A stretch of DNA of 63,972 nt, filler included, from Octopus bimaculoides (lineage: Eukaryota): assembly GCF_001194135.2 (NCBI RefSeq). It is 6 parts of 6 records of this genome, joined end to end, with 100 filler letters (N's around TTAATTAATTAA, not from the genome) between each part and the next. Parts side by side here need not be neighbours in the genome. Positions count along the whole stretch, not along the records: positions 1 to 16,395 come from NC_068982.1; positions 16,496 to 40,527 come from NC_068984.1; 4 more parts are not named here. One strand, written 5' to 3'. Position 1 is the first letter of the stretch, and every line of letters starts with the position of its first letter. Below, piece by piece: positions 15,825-30,209 of the stretch. A program made the position numbers and the translations under genes. Below the pieces are notes generated by a model. The model had not been told where the DNA came from. It ran no database searches and saw nothing but the letters and a program-made list of their open reading frames with translations.

Positions 15825-15942
15825 ATATACATATATACAAGAGTTACATCACTATTGTCCCTGAAAGTTGCTTTTATATTTACTACGGATTGTTTGTAGC
15901 TTTCTTCCTACACCTTGGTCCCTGGATCTTACATTTATATAT

Positions 15943-15974
<32 letters not shown>

Positions 15975-16239
15975 GTAGGTAAGTAGGTAGGTAGGTAGGT
16001 AGGTATAGTGACTCATGGTCAGCATATTATTGGTTTAAATGTATTTCTTTCCTTTAAATGTTTTTCTTTTCATTTGCTATTGTGCTATCGTTCGATGTGT
16101 GTGCGAGTATCTTGTTTGTTTGTATGTGTGTGTGTGTGTGTGGTGTATGTGTGTGTTTTGTGGTGCGTGTATGTGTTCGCGCGCGCAGGTATATTTAGCC
16201 AACTGTTTACTTTGTATTCGCATATAGAGATGCATAAGT

Positions 16240-16314
<75 letters not shown>

Positions 16315-16395
16315 CATTTCTTTTATTAGCCACACAGGGCTCAACGAAGATGGGACAAATACAATGTAGAGCTTTTCTTTTTGGGAGGGGGAAGG

Positions 16396-16495
16396 NNNNN
16401 NNNNNNNNNNNNNNNNNNNNNNNNNNNNNNNNNNNNNNNTTAATTAATTAANNNNNNNNNNNNNNNNNNNNNNNNNNNNNNNNNNNNNNNNNNNN
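16396..16495. other. Artificial scaffold linker N44-TTAATTAATTAA-N44
   Basis: The 12-mer has stops in all six frames and an identical layout at five sites. Confidence 0.95.
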
Positions 16496-16530
<35 letters not shown>

Positions 16531-17263
16531 CATAGATATATATGTGTGTGTGTGTGTATATATGAATATGTGCGTGCATATGTGTGTGTATGCCTTTGTG
16601 TCTGTGTTTGTTGCCCACATTCGCCTGACACCTGGTATTTTCGTGTTTACATTCCCTGGACATAGCGGTTCGTCATAAATAACCGTTGAATAATTACCAG
16701 TCTTAAAAACATACTGAGATCGATTCATTTCATCAAAATTCCTTAAGCGGTGAGACAGCATGTTCGCGGTCTAATGACTGAATGAAAAAAAAAATAACAC
16801 ATACATACATACCTAGATGTTGTGAGTTCAAATATGTATTTTTATGTGTGTATCTATCCATCTATGTTGGGTCTTGGGAAGGTCATATTGCCAACTATCA
16901 TAATCACACGCACCGGCTGGTTCCATATCATTTCTTTATTCTTAGTCAAGTGGTTAAGTATCGAAACAACTACCTATTCTATCCGACAAATAGCGTTACG
17001 TATAGACACGTGCCGTGCAGTATGCGTATTCATTCTTCAATGTTTCGCCACGCAGAGCCTCGCTGCCGTTCTTCTTCAAAACAAAAAACATAAACTAAGA
17101 TTCAAAGAGAGGGAGCATTTTATCGATCTTCGAATCGATGAGAAAGCAGCGTTCAATACGCCGAGGATTGGACCCAAAGCGCAGAGAACCGCTGCCAGCG
17201 GGGTAACACCGCCAACCTTCGAATGAGTGAAAACATTTATTTATACTCGTTCATGTCTGGCAG

Positions 17264-17651
17264 TGGAGGCGCAATGGCCCAGTGGTTAGAGCAGCAGACT
17301 CGCCGTCATAGAATCGCGGTTTCGATTGCCAGACCGGGCGTTGTGAGTGTTTATTGAGCGGAAACACCTAAAACTCCACGAGGGTCCGGCAGGGGATGGA
17401 GGCGAACCCTGCTGTACTCTTTCACCACAACTGTCTCTCACTCTTACTACCTGTTTTTGTTGTGCCTGTAATTCAAAGGGTCAGCCTTGTCACACTGTGT
17501 CACGCTGAATATCCCCAGGAACTACGTTAAGGGTACACGTGTCTGTGGAGTACTCAGCCACTTGCACGTTAATTTCACGAGCAGGCTGTTCCGTTGATCG
17601 GATCAACTGGAACCCTCGACGTCGTAAGCGACGGAGTGCCAACAACAGCAA
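17264..17651 (+). mobile_element. Full-length tRNA-derived SINE (family B) with 12-bp target-site duplication
   Basis: tRNA-like head GGAGGCGCAATGGCCCAGTGGTTAG...GGTTTCGATTGCC with A/B boxes, a CAA-repeat tail, and TSD catgtctggcag at 17252-17263 and 17652-17663. Confidence 0.85.
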
Positions 17652-18129
17652 CATGTCTGGCAGCGAATCTAAAATTTTATGTCTATAGATTGCATTAAAA
17701 TCCAGATTAACAAATAGATGCTACGTAGTAAGTAATTAATAATAAATTAATTAATATACATTGATAATCTCTGTTAACTTAAACACCTGCAGTGTTTCGA
17801 GAGATTACGTAAAATAAAAACGGTGAACATTTTCTGATTATTCCCGGCAGTAGTTCCGTTTCTGAGATAGAATCGGCTGTAAATATGGCAAGAAAGTGTG
17901 TAAAAGGTACAATAATTCTTCACCACAACTGCGGTTCATCTATCGCGGTTTATTATTTAAGTTTACGTCTATCCCACCGTGGTGCTGTTTTGCATTTATA
18001 ATAAAATAGATATATAGAAATTATAAAAATAATAAAAGATATATATACAGTACAGTACTGTTTCTACTTCGCGGATTTTCACCTATGAGCAGAACAGTCA
18101 GCTCGTGCAATTAATGTGCAAATCGCTGA

Positions 18130-18345
18130 TCGATCCACTGACAACGTAGTTCTCATGGAGTTTCAGTGTGTGCAGAATATGATAGGGCTGGCCCTTGCAA
18201 TTAAAGGTACCACGCATTTTTTGCTAGTAGTGTACGCTGGAGCAACTCGAAATAAAGGTCCTTGCTCAAGGACACAAGGTGCCGCCGGGAATCGAAATGA
18301 CGAAATTATGATCGGGAGCCGAGCCCTCTAACCACTAAGCCAGGG
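18130..18345 (-). mobile_element. tRNA-derived SINE (family D)
   Basis: Minus strand reads ggcttagtggttagagggctcggc...ttcgattcccggcggcaccttgtgtccttgagcaagg: a tRNA head followed by the common tgtgtccttgagcaag domain. Confidence 0.7.
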
Positions 18346-18401
18346 GCCCTCGCGTGAATTACAGATGTGGCGGGAGTAGTAATATATAACGAAGTATAGG
18401 G

Positions 18402-18612
18402 CGGCGTGCTGGCAGAAACGTTAGCACGCCGGGTGAAATGTTTAGCAGTATTTCGTCTGTCTTTAAGTTCTGAGTTCAAATTCCGCCGAGGTCAACTTTG
18501 CCATTCGTCCTTTCGGGGTCGATAAATTAAGTACCAGTTGCGTACTGGGGTCCATCTAATCGTCTAATCCCCTCCCTCAAAATTTCAGGCCTTGTACCTA
18601 GAGTAGGAAAAG
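18402..18612 (+). mobile_element. About 210-bp tRNA-derived SINE (family C) with a central gaggtcaactttgcc...cctttcggggtcgataaattaagtaccag domain
   Basis: B-box gagttcaaattcc. The central domain resembles the conserved Meta-SINE-type domain (from memory). Other copies lie at about 7190-7390, 7400-7560 and 8130-8290. Confidence 0.75.
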
Positions 18613-18695
18613 ATATATAAAGAAGTAAATTTCACAGTTATTCAGAAATCTAAACCTATCAAACCATTTATTCTCTTTTCTCTTTTTCTTTTAAC

Positions 18696-19080
18696 CTCTT
18701 TTACTTGTTTCAGTCATTTGACTGCGGCCATGCTGGAGCACCACCTTTAGTCGAGAAAATCGTCCCCAGGACTTATTCTTTGTCAGCCTAGTACTTATTA
18801 TGTCGGTTTTTTTGCCGAACCGCTAAGTTATGGGGACGTAAACACACCAGCATCTGTTGTCAAGCGATATTGGTGGGACAAACACAGACACACACACACA
18901 CATATATACATATACATATATACGACGGATTCCTTTCAGTTTCCATCTACCAAACCCACTCACAATTCTTTGGTCGGCCGAAGGCTATAGTAGAAGACAT
19001 TTGTCCGAGGTGCCACGCAGTGGGACTGAACCTGGAACCATGTGGTTGGTAAGTAAGCTACTTACCACACAGCCACACCT
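18696..19080 (-). mobile_element. Full-length tRNA-derived SINE with internal CA/TA microsatellite (family A, most abundant repeat in the window)
   Basis: Head gtggctgtgtggtaagtagcttacttaccaaccacatggttccaggttcagtccc, CORE-like central region, internal microsatellite and tail gactgaaacaagtaaaagag. The published family name (OK/OR type) was not assigned with certainty. Confidence 0.85.
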
Positions 19081-20264
19081 GTGCCTATTTCTTGTTTTTT
19101 TTTTTAATTTGTGGGGTATTCTATAGCATTAGAAATGTTGGGTGTATGTTTATGTCGCTCGCATCGCAAGCACGTAGTCTAGGGTTCACTCGCCTTGCGT
19201 GGCACGGCACCTTACACAAACGTCTACAATAGCCACAGGCTGACCAATATTTTGTGAATGGTTGGCGGAGACTGTGTGGAAGCCAGTGACACACATACAC
19301 GCACACACACATACAGACACACATGCACACGTGTGTGCCTGTGTTTGTGTATGTGTGTGTCTTTCTCTCTGTGTTTGTTCCCCACTACCACATTATTACC
19401 GGTGTTGGTTAATTTACGTCCGTAGCTCAGGAAAACAAATACCAATACTGGGGTCCATTCGATCGACTAAACCTTTCAAGTAGATGCTCCAACTTGGCCG
19501 CCGTCTACAGACTGAAATTAGTAAAAGTAAAAATTATTAATACAATTTTATTAAAGGGCCAAAATATTGGTCTACTTTTAAGGGGGCCGAAGAACTATAC
19601 ATTTTAAAAAGGAGGAGATGAACGAAGAACGACGTTCGAAAGTAGCTTCGGCGGATCTGAGGCGAAATGGTTTCAAATAGGGAATAACAGGACAAAATAG
19701 TAAAGCGAAACGTCGTTTCAAATGAAGGAAGCAAAATATTGGCTTTTGTAAGGATGCTAGAATTGTAGCGAAGACATTAGAAGCGTTGGGAGGTGGGGAT
19801 AAAACGAGATCATTTACACTATCCTTCGCTTGAATAACTTAGCTTATCTCTTTGCTTAATTTACCTGATGCAATAGCTATCAGCAATTCTACACAAAAAA
19901 GACACACACACACACACACATACACACACACACACACACACATACACACACACACATACACACACGCACTTAAAGTACACGCATACATATATACACACAC
20001 ATACATTCAAATACACACACGTACACGCATATAGGCATTTAGAGTTCTTCTGAAGAATTTGATGCCAATTGAATATCGATTACTTCCGAGCATATCTGTT
20101 GCCAGAATACTCACTTCTGTAAAGTTAAATGAGAGTGTGTATGCCTCGCTAGAAGAATGGATTTAGTGTTAATCATGTATGTTAAGCGTGTGTTGCTGTT
20201 GGTATTTCGCTAAACCTTAGAATATTCGTGAAATTAATCTATCTATCTATCTATCTATCTATCG

Positions 20265-20312
<48 letters not shown>

Positions 20313-20331
20313 GTCTATCTATCTATCTGCC

Positions 20332-20376
<45 letters not shown>

Positions 20377-20442
20377 GTCTATCAATCAATCTATCTTATC
20401 TATCTATCTATTTGCCTGTCTGTCTGACTCTCTGTCTATCTA

Positions 20443-20479
<37 letters not shown>

Positions 20480-20482
20480 GTC

Positions 20483-20534
<52 letters not shown>

Positions 20535-20579
20535 NNNNNNNNNNTCTCTCTATCTATCTATCTATCTATCTATCTATCC

Positions 20580-20800
20580 CAAAGGCACAGGATCCGTCGT
20601 GCCGGACGTGTTGCAAGGTTCACAGACAACAAGTGCATCTGTGCAGTTGCCGAATGGTATGAAAGTGATGGTAAGACCGTTCAGTTAAACAATCTTGGTT
20701 AAATATGAAAAAAAANNNNNNNNNNAAAAAAAAAAAAAAAAAAAAAAACGGAGCAATCTAGACAGAAGTGGAAGTGCATTGTGAGCAGCGGTGTATAACA
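20580..20800 (+). mobile_element. RTE-like LINE C-terminal fragment
   Basis: RHRIRRAGRVARFTDNKCICAVAEWYESDG resembles the RTE motif RWAGHVARxxDNRWTxxVxEWYPxDG. Confidence 0.55.
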
Positions 20801-22467
20801 GCATCTGATGGTCTAGTTGGCACTATGATACTGTGATACTGCAATATATATAACAGCCTTCTTGATTCCGAACGTTCCAACGCCACTAAATTGATGGCAG
20901 ATGTCTAATTCTTGTATTTTATCTACAAGTAACATCTCATTGCTGTCGTTATTTAACCCTGAGTGAGACCTGATCGGATTCGATAGACCTTTGAACAACG
21001 GCTCGCCAAACATACGTTCTGTCTCTTGAATATGTCTACAACTTAATTATCCAATGTGTGCTTCCTTTTTAAATGAGATTAGAAACGTTTCGAGAAAGAT
21101 TTTACTTCTATTTCTTGCAGATTCGAGCTTATTAAATTTTCTCTTGGCTCCTTTTAATCGCAGGCATGGTTTTGTGATTAAGAAGCTGCTTAGGAAACCA
21201 CGATGTTTCAGCTTGTGAGAGCGTGAGCGAGTTTCCTCTGCTGTAGACCCGGGGTTGATCGTTGCCTTGTCAGTGAATTTGGTGACAGGAAGGAGTGCTG
21301 GAGTTCGTCGTTTATATCTGCTTGTTTGATGTAATTAATCAAGTTCGCTTAATACTTTCTACATATCTATCTGGATTCATTAATGTCCATTTTACCTCTT
21401 GTTATATGTGTGTGTATGTGTGTGCGTGTGTGTCTGTCTGTTCATCCACTCAAGATTTCGACAAGCTGTGTGGTTTATTTTGAGTTCCTGTAAGCTAGTG
21501 GTTCGGCAAAGCAGTATAGGGACAGATTTATTCGACTAAAGCCTCCTAGACGGTGCTTCAGCATGGCCGCAGTCCAATGACAAACACAACTAAAAGAGAG
21601 AAAAAAAGATAAAAACTAAACGACCAGTTCAAGTGGGTCTTCTCGCACGGACTTGTTTAGAACCAACGTTGTTACTCATAGTGCTAATTCATTGAGGGCC
21701 GATCACAAACGTCCAATCTCAGGTTACTATGACAATTGAACTGATCTGGCGCGTGTGACAGATCGACTATCACGAAACTGTGAAGAAAATTTCCGTTTCA
21801 TTCTAATATTCTGTCTACTCATTGATCACTGTTCCAAAACGTCAGGGACGGAGCAGGGAGGGAATTGGGTTGTGAGCGGAATCACTTTCTGATTCAGTGG
21901 CTGGAGTTTGGAACCAGAGATGATCTAGCAATCGAATTCTTCATATTCAACAGATCTCTGTTTAAAAGCTTCAAGTATGGAATTGCCTGATCATGCAAGC
22001 AACCCATCAAAAGATTCCATATATAGCTTCGTCGCCTTATGCACGATACGTATCGGCGTCTAATAATAACTCATGATTGAAGACTGAAAGTTAATACATA
22101 ACTTGAATTCAACGAAATTCCTCTCCACTAATCATTGTAAATGATACATCTTCAATAGTTTTGCTGCAATAAATTTGTATTCTCTCCTGTTGTAACACAA
22201 ATTAATCCGCAACATCACCACAGTGATCGTCACTCCAATGGCTCCTGGCAAAATAAATACGTATTTATGATTTAGGAAATTTTAAAGTTTATACCTAAGT
22301 TTCACGACTGACGTCAATTGACTCTGATTATGGTGGTAATAATGTAATTATAAAGGATTTCTATTAAAAGGGGTCCAATCAATGTGTAGTAATCTGTTGT
22401 AATAGTACAGTTATCGGTCAATGTCCCGATAATCTAGGAATATAGTACCAAACTACAACATGATGGG

Positions 22468-22552
<85 letters not shown>

Positions 22553-24180
22553 GTGTGTATATATGTATATATGTATGTATATATATATATATATACGTGT
22601 GTGTGTATGTATATATATGTATGTATACATATGCATATATATATATGTGTGTGTGTATTTACATATTATATATAANNNNNNNNNNGTATATATGTATGTA
22701 TATGTATATATATATGTGTCTGTGTATGTATGTGTGTGTGTATGTATATATATATATGTACGTATATATATGTATATATGTGTATGTATATATATGTATA
22801 TATATGTGTGTGTGTGTATTTACATATTAGATATATATGTAATTTTCCTGTATGTATGTGTGTATGAATGAGTTAATTTGGTTTACATATACATGTATGT
22901 GTGCGTGTGTGTGTGCGTATGTGTGCGTGTATGTGAGTGTATGTACGTGTATGTGTCTGTGTTTGTGTGTGTGTGTGCGTGTGTGTGTGTGTGTGTGTGC
23001 GTGTGCGTGTGTGTGTGTGTGTGTGTAGAATATGTAACGTACCATCCGGATGACACGAAGATATTGAACGAAGTCGATGTTATTGTAATATTTAAAATAT
23101 GACAACGCTGTTGAGTGTCGATATCAAACTGATTCTCAATGTATTGTTATGTTATAGTAGTAATAAGGAGATGAAGAAAAAGATGGCGGAAAACCTGAGG
23201 TTGGCTGATATCCGGAGCTTGTATCTCTTACTGAATCCGTAAGCTTTGGGTTTAGATTAATATCGGAATATATTGATTGTTCGTATTTTTAAAACGACAC
23301 CAAGCGATTGGTATGGATGTAGTTGTAATAATGGATGCTGGTCAATGATAAATCATTATTCTATTGGTTGTGAAAAGGTGAAAGGCAGGCTCAAATCTGA
23401 TAGAATTTGAATCACGAATGTTAATGTTTTGAAGTTGATTGCGTGATTGACCAAATGGTTTCCGTACCTGAAAATCAATATTTGAAGTTGATCAATATCT
23501 AATATTTGCTATATTTCAATAGTTGTCGTTTACTTGCAGCTCAACCTTCATGAAGCAGACACGTGATCAAAGAGGCTTTGGACGTAAGTACTTTGTCAAT
23601 TTAGAAGAATATCTCAGACTGTCTTATCTAATGTGTCCATTCCTACTTCAAAACATAAATATGTGAAAGATTTACATGCTTTTTTCGGTAGATCTACAAA
23701 CCACGAAGAGGTTTCCACGTTGATTCCCGTTATTTCAGCTGGAATTGTATGAAACAGATATATTGCCATGAAGAAGAGATGACTACCCAGTTTCTAATCA
23801 AACTGGCGATATTGAGTTCCCAAAACTCAATATTACTGGTTTCATGCGTGTATGGGAAATCAATGTATCAATAAATGCTATCTGATCATTCCTATTTGTC
23901 TCCCTCGGTGTCTTGTGTTCCCATTTCACTTTCAAACTCCACATTATCAACTCTCTTTTCATTCACTTTGCCGTCTGGACTATCTCCTTTAAACCACGTC
24001 GCATCAACCATCTTCCCTAAATATGATCTCCCTCCTCCAATGAATATCAATTCTTCAGCAAAATTCTCTTTTTATGAATTCGGTGTTTTTTATTAATCAT
24101 TGAATTTCATGTTCTTTTTTTTTAAATTTTGCTATTCATTTTTCAATATTATTTAATAGATTACATGTTAATTAATTATC

Positions 24181-24546
24181 GGCACTTCGACGGTTACGAC
24201 GACGAGGGTTCCGGTTGATCTGATCAACGGAACAGCATGCTCGTGAAATTAACGTGCAAGTGGCTGAGAATTCCATAGACACATGCACCCTTAACATAGT
24301 CCTCGGGGAGATTCAACGTGACAAGGCTGGCCCTTTGAAATACAGGTAGAACAGAAACAGGAAGAAAGAGTGAGGGAAAGTTGTGGTGAAAGAGTACAGC
24401 AGGGTTCACCACAACACCTTGCTGGAGCCTCGTGGAGCTTTAGATGTTTCCGCTCAATAAACACTGACAACACCCGGTCTGGGAGTCGAAACCACGATGT
24501 CACGACCGCGAGTCCACTACTCTAACTGGTGAGCTATTGCGCCTCC
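24181..24546 (-). mobile_element. Second near full-length family B SINE
   Basis: Reverse-complement homolog of 17264-17651 along its length. Tail fragments also occur at about 50306-50390 and 51363-51420. Confidence 0.8.
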
Positions 24547-24805
24547 ACAATGAATTATTACATGGGAAAAGTTGACAGAAACTTCAATATTTCCGCTTCC
24601 GAGCCTTCATTACACTGTCTGACGAAGACGACCAAGCCAAACTATGAAACGACTGCCAAATATTTCCTTGTAAAAGTTAATTATATACACACATATGCAT
24701 ACATACATTAATACATACATGCTTGTGTGCATACATACATACATACACATATACACATATACATACATACAAACATACATACATACATACATACATACAC
24801 ACACA

Positions 24806-24839
<34 letters not shown>

Positions 24840-26425
24840 CATACATTATACGTATATACGTGGATACACATATACATGCGCGCACACAATTATTTGCGAC
24901 AAAAACAGTATTCGTACCAGAAAGCCATCTTTGTATCCATCTGAAGCTGGATGTCTTCGTTAGAACGCCTAATATTGCGCATTTTGCCTTTGAAACATCC
25001 CCTTGGTTCATAAAAGCAAAGACATGTATCGACTGCTACAATATACGTCAGTGCTTTTATACACCATAATTATGCATGAGATCTCTGGAGGCTGATAGTG
25101 CAGTATTTGGCCTTCCAGCAAGACATCCACGTGAAGTGGCACATAAAGTCTGCTCTTGAATCACACACACACAGATATGTATATTTATATACGTATGTAT
25201 ATGTGTGTGTGTGTGCGCGTATGTGTTTCTATAGATTATATCATCATCGTCATCATGGACATTGATCAATTAACTGTAAAAGATACCGTGAAGATTTCCC
25301 AAGTAAATTCAAACATTAAACAAAGTTAATTGACTGCTAAAGGCAGAAGTTTTCGGAAATGCTGAGGTGACAAGTTCGAAAGCGTACATCCATTAATCTT
25401 CTTCAGTTCATCAAGAATCGAATTTACTCTGTCAACCAGGACTCTGATAATCCATTCGAAAGAGAAATTAGCAGACATTGTGGAAAGTTTGGAATTTTCT
25501 AAATTAAGAGTCTGTCTTTCTCTTCTCTCGCTAACTCTCACCGTTTTCTCCATCTTCCTTTATAATTTCGGTTTTCTTTGATCTAACTTTTCTTATCTAA
25601 AGTAATTTTATGCTAGTTTCTAGCGTTGGTCAATTCCAGGGCTTATTAAAGAAATGGGTAGTGAACCAAGCGATGTAACCTCTCTGGCTCAATATAGAAC
25701 ACATATTTACAGCTTGTTGTATGATCTCTGTTACAAATTGTTAGGGTACCATGATTGGTCGACATATTGGATTACTGAACCATGAGTTCAGAATAATGCT
25801 GTATATCGATTTGTATCATGATCTTAACAGACCCGCCAACGCTGAAGGGAGATAGAGACAAGCAATTTTATATATATATGTATATATANNNNNNNNNNNN
25901 NNNNNNNNNNNNNNNNNNNNNNNNNNNNNNNNNNNNNNNNNNNNNNNNNNNNNNNNNNNNNNNNNNNNNNNNNNNNNNNNNNNNNNNNNNNNNNNNNNNN
26001 NNNNNNNNNNNNNNNNNNNNNNNNNNNNNNNNNNNNNNNNNNNNNNNNNNNNNNNNNNNNNNNNNNNNNNNNNNNNNNNNNNNNNNNNNNNNNNNNNNNN
26101 NNNNNNNNNNNNNNNNNNNNNNNNNNNNNNNNNNNNNNNNNNNNNNNNNNNNNNNNNNNNNNNNNNNNNNNNNNNNNNNNNNNNNNNNNNNNNNNNNNNN
26201 NNNNNNNNNNNNNNNNNNNNNNNNNNNNNNNNNNNNNNNNNNNNNNNNNNNNNNNNNNNNNNNNNNNNNNNNNNNNNNNNNNNNNNNNNNNNNNNNNNNN
26301 NNNNNNNNNNNNNNNNNNNNNNNNNNNNNNNNNNNNNNNNNNNNNNNNNNNNNNNNNNNNNNNNNNNNNNNNNNNNNNNNNNNNNNNNNNNNNNNNNNNN
26401 NNNNNNNNNNNNNNNNNNNNNNNNN

Positions 26426-26461
<36 letters not shown>

Positions 26462-26619
26462 GAGAGAGAGAGGTAGGAGCGATGGAGAGAAGGGAATGGG
26501 AGGATGGGAGAGGGAAAAGAATTCGTAAATCATCTGGCATAGTCCATCACAAGGGCTTCCGCGTAGTTTCCGTCTTTGCAATATCAGCGACAAATCATAG
26601 GATCAATTCGAATTTAATA

Positions 26620-27020
26620 GAATATATGCATGGGTTTGTTGTAAGAAGTTAGCTTCGCACCCATATGGTTCTTGGCCCAGTCCCACTGCGTGGGACCTTG
26701 GCCAAGTACCTTCTACTATAACCTTAGGCCGACGAAGCACTTATGAGTGGATTTGGTAGACGGAAACTGAGAGAATCCAGTTGTACATAAATGCATGTGT
26801 ATGTGTGTGTGTGCACGTGTGTCTGTGTTTGGCTCCCACCTCCACTTGATAACCGATGTTGATTCTTATTTCCTATAGCCTTGCGGTTCGGCATAAGCGC
26901 CCGATAGAGTAAGTACGACGCTTATAAAAAAATATAAGTACTAGGTCGATTCATTCGCCTAAAATTTCGCCAAGGAGGAGCTCCAGCATGGAGTCTAATG
27001 ACAGAAACAAGACAGCTAAA
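26620..27020 (+). mobile_element. Diverged family A SINE
   Basis: Head, central cccactgcgtgggaccttggccaagt and tail motifs are colinear with other copies. Confidence 0.75.
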
Positions 27021-27140
27021 AGATTAACATAAAATATATTCATATATTTAACACGTTCGTGTACAATTTTGCATCATATACGATATATTTATTTCTCTCT
27101 CCCTCTCTCTATCTTTCTTTCTCTCTCTCTCTCTGTCTAT

Positions 27141-27177
<37 letters not shown>

Positions 27178-27201
27178 CATACATATATACACACACACCT
27201 A

Positions 27202-27232
<31 letters not shown>

Positions 27233-27468
27233 GCAAGTCACATGTATGTGTAAAGTTGTCTAAACGCATATATATATATATANNNNNNNNNNNNNNNNNN
27301 NNNNNNNNNNNNNNNNNNNNNNNNNNNNNNNNNNNNNNNNNNNNNNNNNNNNNNNNNNNNNNNNNNNNNNNNNNNNNNNNNNNNNNNNNNNNNNNNNNNN
27401 NNNNNNNNNNNNNNNNNNNNNNNNNNNNNNNNNNNNNNNNNNNNNNNNNNNNNNNNNNNNNNNNNNNN

Positions 27469-27519
<51 letters not shown>

Positions 27520-27572
27520 ACACACACATATATATCAACACATGCACATGTCAATATGTGTGTACCTGTGTC

Positions 27573-27609
<37 letters not shown>

Positions 27610-27974
27610 CTACATGAAAACAGCTGTGAGAACGAAAAAAGAAGAAGAAAGAAGTAACGATCCCCAAAATACCAACGTTTTCATCTGATCTGTTGCTTCG
27701 TTCTAATTTGTCTGAATGGCGAGACATAAACATGCAAACAACATTAGAAATATATGTTCCAATCAATCAGACTTTATGCTGCTTTTTTAGTATAGCAATG
27801 TATTTTGGGTCGCTAGTTAAAGGTGTTTGTAAACACATTCTGTTATTTAAATAAACGAAAGTCATGAAGTAAAACGCAAGTATTCAATGCGGTTGCTTAC
27901 TCCACACTATATATAAAGCTGTTTACATTCAATTACCGCTTCACTATAAATAGAACTCTGTTATAACGGTAGGC

Positions 27975-28290
27975 TCTATCGTGGCTCTATGGTAAGAAGT
28001 TTGCTTACCGACCACATGATAACCGGTTCAGTCCTACTGCGTGGCACCTTGGGTGAGTGTTTTCTTCCATAGCCCTGGGCCAGCCTGGTGTGTGGATTTC
28101 GTTGATGGAAACTTAAAGAAGCCTGTCTTAATCTTTTACCTGTTTCAGTCATTTCATTTGACTGCGGCCACACGCAGCACCGCTTTTAGTCCAACAAATC
28201 GACCATAAGACTTATTCTTTGTAAGCCTAGTACTTATTCTGTCGTTCAATTTTGCCGAACTGGTAAGTTACGGGGACGTAAACACACCAA
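27975..28290 (-). mobile_element. Family A SINE pieces
   Basis: Both halves are recognisable, in rearranged order. Confidence 0.7.
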
Positions 28291-28551
28291 CGTCAGATAC
28301 TGGTTAGGATACTGTCTCTGCAAAAGAGGCGATCGACGATGAAAAAGGAAACCCAACAATTTTCCTCTCTTCTGATTTAAACTAAAATATCAATTTATGG
28401 GTTGCTCAATTCTACCATATAACCGCTATAATCTTAAGTATCCTTAACCATTATTTTAGCTTTAAAATATGTGATTACCAGCTTGAATGCTGCCTAAATT
28501 GTTCGGTTTTTTCAAAAGATTGCGTCCCTGTGAATTACAAACAAAGAATTA

Positions 28552-28631
<80 letters not shown>
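28552..28631. repeat. (ATT)n microsatellite; similar AAT arrays at 4375-4450, 36528-36607 and 52484-52529
   Basis: Directly visible. Confidence 0.98.
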
Positions 28632-30209
28632 CGCAGAGCGATTTATTTCTAATTTCGAAATTGCTATTTCTATAGAGTTCGTGGTCCAACACACTAGAAG
28701 AAATACGAGCAAAACTATTGGAAACGTCGATATATTTATCATAGAGATCTGGGAGGAATGACGAAAACGTAGTCTTGCAATACAATTACTTCCTCGCAAA
28801 ATAGTTATAAAATCCTGCTAATTATACCTGCTATTAATTAAATAATTAGTTCTAATTATTAATACAAACATTATATAATTACGAAGCCTAAATGTTTTTT
28901 TTTCGGTTTTTATGAAATACATTCGTGTTGTGTGTCGTTGATTGCTCCTCACTGATTTCTACCAGAATCTGCAAAGCATTTGATGCAGAGACAGGAAATG
29001 TTTGGGTTATCTGCAAATAGACAGATGTCAGCTCGTTCACGTAATCATCCTACACGACCTCTGAACAAATATGTTGCAGTGGAAGCCTCTAAAAAGCTTA
29101 ATCAGATCTCCTTCAAGTTACTCCGTACAGAATCAAATTAAAGATGTTCTTTTCTACTCCAGGCACAAGGCCCGAAATTTTGGGGGAGGGGGTCAGTTGA
29201 TTAGATCGACTCCAGTATGCGCGCACACACACACATATATTAAGGGTATGCGGGCTTCTTTCACTGTGTACGAGCCAGATCCACTCACAAGGCGTTGGTT
29301 GGCCCTAGGCAATAACAGACGATTCTTGCCCAAGGCACCACGCAGTTGGACTGAAGCTTAAACGTTGTGATTTGAAATCAAAAGCCTTACCACAGAGCTA
29401 AGCCAAGTTCACCGTTAAACAGCATAATTAGTTATCCCAGGAAAATATAAATTTTTAAGCTGTTTAAGCAATATGAGTCCCTAACCATTTGATTTAACTT
29501 TGCCCTTCATGCTCCCCGGAGCTATTGATTAAAATAAACACATGTAAACTCCTAGGATCGAAGAAGTCAGGCAAAACCCCTGCCCTTAACATCTGAAGTT
29601 TCTTCCGAAAGATAGAAAAATCGCTAAAACAATAAAAATATAGATTTCCTTATTTCTAAAAAATAGAAAAAACAAACACTTGACAATAGATAATGTATCA
29701 ATAAACAATGTCTTTAGTGATCTGCTCATTGGTTTCTTATATTGTTAATATTCATAGTAAAAGGGGAATTGAGGTTTATCTGATTTTTTTTTTCAAGGAC
29801 CTTAGCGACATGAATCAAAATGGCGATACTGTTTGGAATGAAAACTGGGTCAAGGCTGCAGTGAAATGGCGGCTACCATGTATAACACTTCTGTCAGAAA
29901 TTAACAATTGTTTCAAATAATGAATAATTGATCGACTTCGACTATTTTAAGTGAACATTTGAATTATATATATCTTCATTTCATCGGATTTAAGGTTTCT
30001 GCGTTTGTTCATATAGCCTTTGTGTGGCTGCGTATTTATTTTGTTGTAATTACTCCGTTGAGATTTTCAACCTAAAGGCAGAGTCATCAATATAAGAGTA
30101 GATAACGTGATTGTGATTTTTGTTGTTTAACCCTAGGATCAAGTTATCCTATGATCAGATACTTTCCAGCCTGAAACGATTTCATTAAAAAATCATTTAA
30201 CTTGTTTGT

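Noticed and set aside
16822-17226. 134-aa ORF
   Set aside because: It begins in simple repeat, has no recognisable domain and no supporting splice signals.
17265-17340. tRNA gene
   Set aside because: It continues into a 390-bp dispersed body with a TSD and lacks a complete acceptor stem. It is a SINE head.
24636-24675. CTGACGA...GAAACGAC
   Set aside because: No pairing for stem I, II or III.
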